This document shows, in pieces, positions 15,101 through 27,100 of a DNA stretch of 64,000 nucleotides. The translations under genes and the position numbers were made by a program. How positions within the stretch are numbered: the stretch's first letter is position 1; every line of letters begins with the position of its first letter. Source of the stretch: Schmidtea polychroa (lineage: Eukaryota); the NCBI GenBank assembly GCA_044892525.1, contig CM097888.1, positions 81,840,001 through 81,904,000 of the forward strand, in the 5' to 3' direction. The notes under the pieces are model-generated. The model made no database searches and was not told where the DNA came from. It saw only the letters and a list, made by a program, of their open reading frames with translations.

Positions 15101-18100
15101 TTCTGGAAAATTATGAAAAGTTTGAAAATAAAAGAATGGGAAGGTTAATAATTGAGTATATCGGAACAATATGGTAAAAGGAAATTTTGTATAAGAAGGT
15201 TAAAACAAGAGTAATAGAAGCGGAATAATTGATCACTTAATTGGGTTAGTGATGATTAAAGAGATGAATAGGGGAATTACAGAACTGCCGTTTAAGGGAG
15301 TCGTAAAACAAATAGCTAGTATCATATAAAATGAGCGAAAATTCGAAGAATTAGGATTAAACTCAAGCAAGTCACAAAGAAATAGAAATTTGATAAAAGA
15401 AATGTTAAAACATAATTGGAAGGAAATCATTAGAAACATGTAAGTAAACGAAAAGGTGAAAATTTTTGAATATTATTTGTTGGTTGAATCTGAGTAATTA
15501 TTTTATTTTTTTCTGTTTAAAACCCAACAAAATAAATTTCCCTATCTGGAATGATTTTGAAGTCTTTTAAACTTTGTTTTGGTGTTAAAACTCGTTCAAC
15601 TATTCATAGAAAATTACTTTCAGAATAATTTGTTAATGAAACATTTCATAGTGAACACGAAGACATACGGCGGAATAAATTTTAGTTTTACTTCCTTTTT
15701 ATAAATTCTAAAAGATTACCTGAACTATAATCTTCCGCTTTTTTATAGCCAATTACTTTGCCATCTTTGTCACGGATTTTTTGTTTTCGTTTTTGATAAT
15801 GAGTACCACCGACACTTACGTCACTGAAATAGGAGTAATCACTATCAGAATCGTGGTTTCTTCTTTTTTTACCGTTCTTATCTCTGATTGGTTTCCCTTA
15901 AATATGTGTAAATTTCACAGAAATTTCCAATAAAAAATTTTAAATTTATTTTTAAAATATATTTTATTTTTAAAGAAATTTAAAAATATATATTTTGTAA
16001 ATTTTGTTGTTGAATTCAAATATTAACAATAGTGTCACAGACCACAGTTGACAAGGAGACCCAACAGAGTAAAATATAAAATAAGAAATAAAGGGAATAT
16101 AATGTTTGGAAAAGAATATAACCGTTCTGGAAAACGAGAATTTTCCCATTGAAGTATTTTATTTATTCTAGATTCTTTTTACACCGTACAACCATCATTT
16201 CAGAATAACAAATTCTTAAATCTTAGGATTTAAATTTTAACACGGCCAATTAATTAATAACGACAAGGTTTATACATTGGCTTAGCAAGGTTTCTGGAGT
16301 CAAACAAAAAGGTCAAGAATTAAAATACAAAAACTTAAATTCTTGATATATATTGTAAAAACTATATGCGAAACAATTAACATATTTTTTAGACTACGGG
16401 AGCCCTTTTATACGCCTAAACCTCTGTGATTTGTACAGCCTGCCCAATGCATTGCTACGATACTGGGGATTCATGTATTTTTCAAAGTTTGAACATCAAA
16501 TTCAGAGAATGAATTCATAAATAGAATACTTAGTAGCAAATCTGTACAACGTATAATTTTTAAAATTAAAATATTATAATAGATCATCAGTAAAATCATT
16601 AATATGCTACAATTTTTCAAATCGCGACACACCTAAGTAATTTTTTCGCGATTGAAAGCGTTACCAAAAACATTTAATTAAATTCTTTTTGAAAAAGTTA
16701 GAAAAACATTGACCGGTTTGCCAGCGTTGAATGACAAATTAGACAGAAAGGAAATGAGTCATCTTTTTTTTAGAAAGAACAAACCCATATTTAATGTAAT
16801 CTTCATAATATTTGCGCTTTTTTGACGTCGTTGAATCACCTTTTGTACTTTTTTTAGAAATATTTTCATTATTAAACTAAGAAATAATAAACTATTGAAT
16901 TGATATCACAAAAGCTGGGAATAAGCTACTTACGGATATATATTTTAATTCGTTCAATAAGAATAAAAAACTCCAAAGAAAATATTAAAATAAATGTAAA
17001 CAATGATTTTTAGAATTCAATAATTTATTTTGGAATTTAAACTTACAGTTTTTACTACAAGTATTATGGCAATACATACACCATTGATTGATTTTCAATT
17101 GACATTGTATTTACTAACAAAGCTTGACTGTGAATCAGTAAATATATCGATGTTTTTGATATTCACAAATTTTCGGCACTGCCTTTTCTCAAGTGAATAT
17201 AATTTTCATATCCATAAAATTTCTTGGTTAATGGGTTAGAAAATATAGAAAAAATAATAATTTGTAAATATATTTTGATTTAATTTTAATTTTAAAATTT
17301 ATGGCTTTATTATTAAAAATAGATTCAAATAATATGTTGCATACCTGTACTGTCAACTTCGATTTTAGTACCATAGCCAACACCAGCACCAAGCTCATTC
17401 TTAATTCGTTTCCTACAAAATATTCAACAATATTATTCATAATTAATCTCAATATACCAGATAATCTGTTAAATTTTTTTTAATTTAAAAATTTTTTATT
17501 AACATTTTATTAGGTTTTAAAAATGCAAGTTATTTTTAGCAGGCTTTGGGTAAACGTCTATTGTCAGACCTATGGTGACTTTTTTCTTTTCTTCGTCACG
17601 TGTGATTAGTTAAATCTATATTTGTTTTTTTCTTTACTTGGGATCGCTTCATAAGTTTCTGAGATATCATAAAACACCAAAGACGTTTAGTGTATAGAGT
17701 ATTCAGGTCTCATAAAATGCCATCTTTCTCTTTCTTTGTTTCTCTACGCAATTATTCATTAAAAATTGTTTTAATTCATTATTTAAAAGTTCTAATATAA
17801 AAACATGGAAGGGCCAAATTCCAGTGTCATCCATGAGTAGATTTAATTTCGTAAAATTATTTTCTCCCGACGTTCAGGTCAAAATTTCAGAAAGAAGTCT
17901 TACGCCTGTCTACTTTAACTAAATGAGAAATAAATTAAAAGATCTGAGTTGAGAGTCCCCATGAATAGTACACATTTCAATGATTATGTCATTTTTTTTA
18001 TTGAATATATTACATAAAATTGCATAATAAAATTTATTACCTATATTCACTGTCACTTTTCGAATCACGTCTCCCTTCTTTATAATTTTTTCTTTTTTTG

Positions 18101-21100
18101 ATGTCTTTTTCCGTAATAATTCGACCATCTGCCGTCCTGAAAACCACGGCGTCATCGGCCTTTTTTACTAATCTGCAAAAAAAATTATTAAATTTTTTCT
18201 TTTATTATAAACAAATTTAATATTTCAATATAGCCTGTCTATCAAAACATTATAAAACATTTTGTATTAGCTCTAAACAGTTCTCAAATAGAACTTTTCT
18301 GAATATTCTAAATATTATACATTTAAACCCTGTAACGACTGACAGGAGTGACAAGAGGGTCGACTGTACCCAATTATCCCTTTCCGAGGGGCGACAAATT
18401 TCTGTCGGACATTCGAGATATCAGAGTTTATTATCTGTAACCGCAGTTAGTGATGAGTGAAACTTACAGATGACAACATCCGTTTTATAAATGTAGTCAG
18501 TAAATTATTTCAAGAAATATTTTTAGATGGATCTTTAGAAAGACACAATTAAATCATTAAATCATGGTTTGAGGTCAAATAATTAACCCTTGTAAGTAGC
18601 TATGTTACAGATGTGATCCATCCATGGTGAAAAGCCTTAAAGGATTTTTGTTCACAAAACCATGGATATTAAATTAGATTAAAAGAAATCTCACAAGTAC
18701 GATTGGACATTTAGGAAGTTTTTGGTACAATAGTTGGTTTCTAGGAAGGTTTTAACTTTGAATTTGGCAATGAAAAGATGTAGAAAAGCTATATACATTG
18801 AAAAAGTCGAAAAAACTAAAAGTGCCAAATTTCAAGTCAAGCAGTAAATGTCTAGAAGTAAAGTATCCACAAGTCGATAATTTGAATTACCTTTTTTTAT
18901 AGATTTTCAGATTATTGATCAATATTTTTTTTCTTATTGAGCACAAAATTTTGGAACTATTTTTTCAAGTGTTTGTTCAATATATATTTTTTCAATATCT
19001 TGATTTGTACGAATATTTATTTGTTTATTTAATAATAATCAGCATTTATAATTATCGGTTTACGAACATAAGGAACTTTTGTTGATCAATTGCAACTATT
19101 ATTTTATATTTATTATCCATTTAATATTATAACAGAATATCGTGAAATATTGTTTCTATAAATATTTTAATAAATGTTATCTACATATATAATTACTGTT
19201 GTACGTAAGTCCCTTACGTCTAGGGCTTGCAATACCGGGATCCCGGTATTACCGACATTTTTAATACCGTTCAATACCGGTATTAATGACCACTTAATAC
19301 CGGTCCGGTATTAAATTTTTTTGCTGTAAGTTAACATTCATATCATTTTTATTTAACTATTTTATTTTTTATAAGTAATTAGCATATGTTTAGGTGTTGT
19401 CATGTTTAAAGATTAAATCTAATTTTGAAATTTACGTACAGGTGGCCCTACTGAAGTAATTTGTTTTTTTTTACATTAAGAAAGAGCCTTTTCGTACGTT
19501 AATTTTTCTAATACTAAAAAAATACTAAAAAAGACACAAATTCACATAGCAAGCCGTTTCTATGGGAAATTATTGTTTTCTATTTTTCCAAATTTTCAAT
19601 ATTGAAGCTATGTTTTTTTTTATAAAGAATAGTTAGTTAGTTCAGTTGTAAAGTTTTTGAAAATTTAGAGAATTGTGTTTGTGTATAATATAAAAGTTAA
19701 AAAATATTTAAAATCATAATTATAATTAATAATCATTAATTCAATTGATAAATAGCAGATAGGTAAAGGTAAGTTAAAAGTGTGAAAATTAATTATTGTA
19801 TAAGTAAAATTTTTATTTTCTATATATTTATATAGATAGCGGCGCTATCATAGCGCACTGCTGCGGGTTTTTTAAAAATTAAAATTAATAAATAATGTTG
19901 GGCTGAGTCGAAAATTTAATCGTTGAAAAATAAGAAAGTAGGGAAGTAGAACATTAAGAAAAATAATAATAAAATAAATAAAATCAGAAATAAAATAGAA
20001 TAAGATATAAGGAAAATAATAATTAAGACATAAGAATTAAAACAAAAAATAAAATTAAGAAAAGATTAAAATAGAACAAGTTGACAAATAAATAAAGAGG
20101 AATTCAAGAAATAAAAAGGAAATTAAGGAAATAAATAGAAAAACATATTAAAAATAAAGAAAATAAGGAAAAAACAACCTAAAAACAAGAAAATTATATT
20201 AAATTAATAGAAATAAGCGGTACTCAACTCTGATTGGTCCGCACAAATAAGAATTTGATATATATACAACTACCAAAAACATTAAATTTACTATTAACCC
20301 CGAGCATTTCATAGGTAAGAAAAATGTTTACTGGTTTTACTATTAACCCCGAGCATTTCATAGACATCTACAACTCACGGAGACTTAATTCAAGGATCAG
20401 CAATACTAGTAGAGCAACAGTTAATTCGGAAAACTTCACAGCAATTCGAAATCAGTCACAGCAATCGACATTCGACGAACCATCATCAGACTAATTTGGA
20501 ACGACTAACGTTAATTTTCCGATTCAGCCTAATTCCATAGTAAGGGATTTTTATTTATGATATTGTTTTTCGAAGTTAATAGTAAATATGTATATTTGAT
20601 GAGCAATTAAACTTTTAAATTTAAACAGACTCTCTTTTCATTTGATCCCGAATAACGATTTTGATAAAGTAAATAGTTTAAATGTTTAAAAGTATTTATT
20701 GGTAACAGGTGAACTCTTACATAATTTTTATGGATATTTATTTTGAAGTGATAGTTTTATGATTTCTAATATTAACGAGAAACGTGGCGTTGAGATACTC
20801 CATGTCATGGTGTGAGGTGCCTTCGGGAGCTCAGCCGGTGGACATGGAGTATTTCAATCACGCAGCTAGATTGGGCCGAAATGTGAAGGCTTCTTCACGG
20901 GTCCAATTGCTGAAGGACTTAAAATCTGTCAGAGTACCGAAATATAGACCGAAAGGAAACCTTCTGAAATTTTCGAAAATAGGATATGTGCTTCACAGCG
21001 ACTGAGGGAGTTCTCATATTAACTCTGTATTGTCCAGAGTCGTCTTACAAGACATTCATGCCACTTCTGTCTATAAACCCGAACTTACCATGTGGGGGAA

Positions 21101-24100
21101 AATACCATTAAACATCCATCGCTGGTCTTCTAACATATCGAGAAGTCGAAATTGCATTCGGTAGATTTTTGAAAAAGTAAATCTAATTTAGGTCATCTCT
21201 TTCAGATGCGACATCCAAATCTTAGCATATGATGAGGAATTTACAATAAAGGAAAAGTAAAACATAAAACCACAATAATACTGTATTCAATCACATATAT
21301 TAACAAAATCTGGTAATACCATTGAATAATTTTCATGCTGTTGCGTCGAAATATCCACTACTGAAATATGCTTCATAGAGTCTAGTTGGCTGGTTCGTAG
21401 AGATCTTCCATCGTTCAAAAACATCCAATATTGAGGAAATTACTAGTCGTAGTAAATAAATCCAACATCATAAGCTCAGATGGGAATCGACACGCGATGT
21501 AACATTTGTAGTTCGCTCAGTAAGGTTGATAGTTACAGATAAAATTTCCATCGAATAGGCACCCATACATACAGACATACTGCTAACATAACTATGAGTA
21601 GCGTCATCCGGTCAGAAATATGCATGAGAAACAGCAGAATCATTCCGAATGCCTCTCACCGCAGGGAATGCCGCCATGTGTCACCCTCTCTAGGATTCTT
21701 AGTGTGTGAGTAGTAATCAGTGGTCATATTAGATAATGCTGACATGAGATGTGACTTCCAGATGACTGACTCTTAAATTTCACTACTGATAAAGGTCATT
21801 CGTACCACTAAAAAGATAAGCCAAAATAACCAGTAACCGACTACTAGGATAAGAGACTCTCTAAAGTGCACTCATTAAAGATAATTTTGCTTAAATTAAA
21901 TATTCTAAATAAAAATCGAAATTGTTGAAGGGGTATTTTAATTAATAACCGAAAATTCAAACCAAACTTTATAACTCAACCATAGGAAGTTTTACCTAAG
22001 TGTTGTAGAGGTTTATCGTAATTCTAATTAGATGTTACAAATAATAGTAGTAGCCTTCGAGCCAAACTTAAATTAACTAAAGCATCTACAGGAATTTTTG
22101 GGTTATAAAATAGCTAGTAATATTGTATTTAAATTTCTCATATTCCATGTAGATTACGTATTGTAATAGAAAACTAAATCCGATAACAAATTATTATGTA
22201 ATTACAATATTTTTACGATGCTATATTTCTACGACGATATCACCGTATGGTATGGATAAGGGGTAATCATAAAATAGTGACGCATAGTTTATACGAAATT
22301 ACGAGTTGTTACTTATTCCGCTACTTGAGGTAAGGGTGCAAGTTTTTACTAGTTGCATTTGGTCCAAAAACCTTATTTTGCATTAGAATAACAACAAATA
22401 ATCAGCGAAATTTAAACGAAGTGTAGTATAGTGTATTTGCAATGAAATAGGTTTATTCACTCCGGCATGAACAAATCCGTAAATTGCCTTTATGTGCGAT
22501 AGATAGAAATCCAACTCGAACGCGATAGACGAAAATTTAAATTTTTACAAATAATTTGCATTCGTCAGGGAAGCAATCAGGGCGTTGAGGAATAATTTTG
22601 TAAAGGATACGTAAAATATTAGTAATCAAGGGTGAAGGGAGGGATCCTGTTTCATCGACTCGTCTTGTTTTCTTCCAGCACTAAGTATCCAATAGCGAAT
22701 AAACCGTATATCTGATCCGAAATTTTTAGATATAGTCATCATAGTTTTCTTCTTTAGCCATCCATTATGTTATCAAACAACAACTCAGCTCTACGTCCCT
22801 GCTTCTCCTGCTCAGATAAAAATGCAGTGATTAAAGATCTTCAAGCCCAGATCGGTCGATATAAACGACAAATCGACGAGCTGGAAGGGACATGGTTTAG
22901 TCCCGCTCGGATGAAGGAGATCCAAAAGAAGCTCGATCGTAGCGAGCATTGCCGGGACGCGCTAATATCTGAGAGCCGTGCCCAAAGAAGTCTAATCAGA
23001 GAACAATCCGAGGCACTGCATAAGGTTTACGTGCAGGCGGCTACAACCCGAAAAATTGTGCAGATTCCCATCCGAGAGGCCGATGACATCTTTCCGCCTC
23101 ATCACAACCTTTCCTCGAATCCATCTCCACCGTTCAAGAGACCGTGCCGAGACTGCGTCGAAACCGAATTGTCTCCCCAGCGACCAGATGTTGTCATCAC
23201 GGGTACCAGTAAGCCCCCCACTGCTAGTCCATCCGTATCAGTCACCCTTCCGCAAGTGGCATCTTCAAGCAAACCCAAGCGAAAACAACTTTCTCGTGCA
23301 GAGCGCAAGAAGAGACAGCGCGAGCGCGCTACTACAAAGCCAAACATCCCATCAATAGAGGACTCAACTAACGATGGCAACTCTCACGTGTCCCTCGACC
23401 TAACAACGGGACCCTCGGCACGAATCATATCAGCCGCTGGTGTAACGTGGGAAGAGAACGCTTCCGAGTTCTTTAACCTCGACGAATTATTCGCCGACGC
23501 TGAATGGGAGAAACAATAAAACCCCAGTGGCGGTCAGGATGAGGAACAAGGATCCGATCTATGTTGATTATGGTGTTTTCTCTTCTTTCGACAAACATTA
23601 GTAAAGTGTACAGTTGAATCCTTATGTTATAACGTTGAAATTAATAAATCTTGTTGTCTTACACGTTTTCGTTCATGAATAATTATACTTTAATTAAGTG
23701 GGTGGGGTAGAGAACCCGCAAGATCTAGTGAGAAATTCCCAATTTGCATTCAGCGAATCCCGATAAGCGGTTGTGTAAGGAAATGGACGTAAGCCCTTCT
23801 ATCGGCAGTCGTGAATGGGAAGTCGAGGCCTCAGCAAGGAGTAGTTTTAAGGCAGAAGCTCACCTGCTTGCTGGCGTCTCGCCTGCATAGTGCAGTACCA
23901 ACGTGAAGTGATTCACGGGCACTATGTTGGAAGAAAGTTATGTGGGGTTTCACTCCAGGTTGACAAATCGGTGGCACCTTTTATTCGAGATGGACAATCA
24001 ACCCTTAGACCCGTCAACATGGTAGAGTGGTCAGCCGAGGTGTAACCCCAACATGATTTTTGGGGGCTCAGCCGGGATACAGTCGATTGAATTTCTATTA

Positions 24101-27100
24101 ACGAATGCGAAATTCACCGGGATTTTCATACAAAATTAAAGGGATTTATCACATCGATTTTCTGTTTTCGACCGACCATTGCTTGACGAATGCAAATTGA
24201 CTATTGATTATTAAATTATATTAGGAACTAAGTAGAGAAAATCAAAATGTAGATAATAGAAAAATTAAGGATATATATAAATAAAGGAGATAAAGTAGTC
24301 AAATTAAATAATTAACAATGGTTAAAGAAACCAATTAACGAATTAACTATTAATTTACTACATATTATTAAAACATTACTTTTCCAACAGCTATGACAGA
24401 ATTCGCGAACCAAATGCAACAACTGCTCAAGTTTATCGATATAGAAAACGACTCCCTAACAACACTGACGCATAAAAGAGAAAAAATCAACGCGATATTA
24501 CTACAAGCAATCGGACAAACACCAGTCGTACCTAATCCTATGATATTAGCCACAGGCCTAAGTCGCCCAGATGGGAAAATAAACCCCGAAACCGTATATC
24601 AGTGGTATCAAGAGAGATTGAACCACCCAACATTAAATCTAGATTATCAGCGTCTAAAAGACTCACTAAATACAATACCAGATGCAATCGAACAAAAAAT
24701 ACAGGAAAAAGTTAACCAATTACGAACTTGTATAGCCTGCAAACTCCGTCCTATTCGCGTATTATTCTTGCCGTGTGGACACCTCAGTCACTGTGAAGAG
24801 TGTGTAAAAGACCTAAAAAGATGCACGATGTGCAAATATGAAATAAAAGAGACCCATATGGTCTATTATGGCGAATGAAACGGCCGGCGATGTAACAGCA
24901 AGTATACGATGTTTGAACAAGAATGCATGAAATTGTTGAAGTAACACGTACTGTTAATGATTCAATCTTTATGTTTATGATAAATAAATTCGTCTTTAAA
25001 AAGTTTTGATGATTAGGACTAATAAAATTTGCATGACGAATGAATATTTGCGTGTTTGTTTGGTTTTATTCTTTTTCTTCGGAATCAAATGAAGAGAGGG
25101 TTGAATAACGTGGAATTAGTCCCAATATAGACTGCAGGGGTACAAACCGAGCCACCTTCGGGCGGTACGTCTTATTGCAAGAACCCGTTGGGAGGGGATA
25201 ACTGATCAACCCAAGTAAGAAGCGTAGGGCGGGGTACCATCGCATATGATGAGAAGTTTTTGCGACATGACTGATCACCATGCCAATGTAGAAATGGATC
25301 ATCGCGATCGTCGTGCGTTTTGAGCAAGGGGGGAAAGGGGAAACACTCCCAAGCGGTAAAGATTAAGTCGACAAATTAAAAGTAGACAGAGAAAATGGTA
25401 AACTAGAGTAAAAGAAGAAAAGAGAAATAGAAGCATGCAGAGCGAGGAATATTGAAGCCGAGCTGTCGAATAATCCAGCCGGTCAAGGAGGAAGACTGAG
25501 CTGTTGAATAGTGCCAGCCAGTCGTAAGGTCGAGTTGTGAAAAGTCCAACCGATCAGGAAGGAGGAAGATTGAGCTGTTGAATAGTGCCAGCCAGTCGTA
25601 AGGTCGAGTTGTGAAAAGTCCAACCGATCAGGAAGGAGGAAGATTGAGCTGTTGAATAGTGCCAGCCAGTCGTAAAGGCCTAGAAAAGCGGGAGATAGCA
25701 GTTAAGCTACAATGAGATAATATTTAAATTACTAGTGATATGGAATATTAAAGCTAGCTAGAACAAACTGAATGTAATTTTGAAAATTAGAGTTTAGAGA
25801 GGAAATAAACGAGCTCGTGGAAAAGAAAATAAGATTATAAGGAAAAAGGAAAGGGAAGAAGGAAACGAATTAAAGAGATAATAGAAAATAAAGAATAGAT
25901 GAAATGATGATAATGAGTAAAGAGGAAAGTAACTAACTAATTAAAGGGATCCCAGTGAAGTAGAGAAACTCTACGGAATATTTTTTTTGGTTAAACCGGG
26001 AAAATGCATTTTATTGGTTCCAGAGTAGAACCGAGCGTAATAATAGTGAATATGAAAAGTAAAATAGCGACAACAGCGCAAAAGGATTAGGAAAATGAAA
26101 GGGGGGTAATAAGCAGAGACCGACAACGACCTATTTTTACTATAATTGATAACGAATAGATAATTATTACGACTTTATAGATAATTGTTACTACCCCATA
26201 TAGATAATTTAAAATCGACGGAAAATACGGGCTGATGGGATATTATAAACCGCAGAAAGGATTTCACAAAAGATAGGGGAAGCACAAACAGAAACCTAAA
26301 AGGCGTCTGTTTTTGAATGTTGTAGAAAGAATGATGAAGTCGTGTAAGCAAATGCAACACGAGATCATTTTTTCATTTTAGATATCAAGCCAATCCAGCC
26401 AACCAAGACAATCTAGAACCTGCACAAAAGGAATTCGAAGAAATCGACAATCAACCAAGGATAAATCCATTCAGAACCCGCACCGAGAGACACAGCAACC
26501 GGAAGACTCCAGAACGGAAGAAGTATCAGCAGCCATCTGCCAAGGATTAGTAAATCTCCTCAGGACCTCAGTAGCAGATTCATACAGAATATTTATCGAA
26601 GGAAACACAATCAGAACCGAACGCGTCCAATTCAATAGCCGCTAATTACCAAGAAGCGTAAGGAAGGAATCACGGATAAACCCAATCTTAGATCTTCTAG
26701 TAAGCCAGGAGACGTATTATTTTCAGGAGACGAATTACAACAACTCAAAAGAGGACGATCCATTAAACATCAAAGAGGAATATCACAAGGATCCAGAAGA
26801 ACCAATCAAGTACCCATATTTGACCAAGAAAATCTCGGATATACCCCTAGTCGATCTCGAAGTAGAGAAAGTCTGTCCGATATCACTAATAGTTTAGCAA
26901 CGTCAACCGAAGAATTATCAGCCCAAAGTTTAGTCACATCGTTAGACAATTTAAAAGAAACAGACGAACCTAGAACACCAATCATGACGAATGTCGTAAA
27001 AACCGACGAGTATAAAGAGAAGTTCAGAGGAGAACCGTTCAACGGAAATGCAAACAAGCTAGCAACGTTCATAACTAATTTTGAAGTTTATATCACTGTG

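Larger units (their letters stand above)
19896..24053 (+). repeat. 5' LTR (4,158 bp)
   Basis: Starts TGTTGGGCTG, ends CCCCAACA, followed by the PBS; no differences from 45891-50048 in the segments I compared. Confidence 0.97.

Noticed and set aside
9880-15460. Purine-rich patches (about 9900-10350 and 15000-15450) resembling old non-LTR retrotransposon remnants
   Set aside because: No diagnostic RT or endonuclease motif could be read.
20784-21005. 73-aa ORF in the LTR (and its copy at 46779)
   Set aside because: GTG start, no motif; it overlaps the hairpin, which better explains the local GC content.
23795-23822. GTGAATGGGA resembling the 3' end of HDV-like ribozymes
   Set aside because: Its pairing partner is only ~12 nt upstream, leaving no room for the nested double pseudoknot.
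25498-25675. Regularly spaced repeat as a possible CRISPR array
   Set aside because: Units are identical head-to-tail with no unique spacers; eukaryotic context; no cas genes.
26639-26983. Reading frame open 115 codons upstream of the gag ATG
   Set aside because: No ATG and low-complexity translation; better read as part of the AUG-free leader, although a non-AUG start is not excluded.
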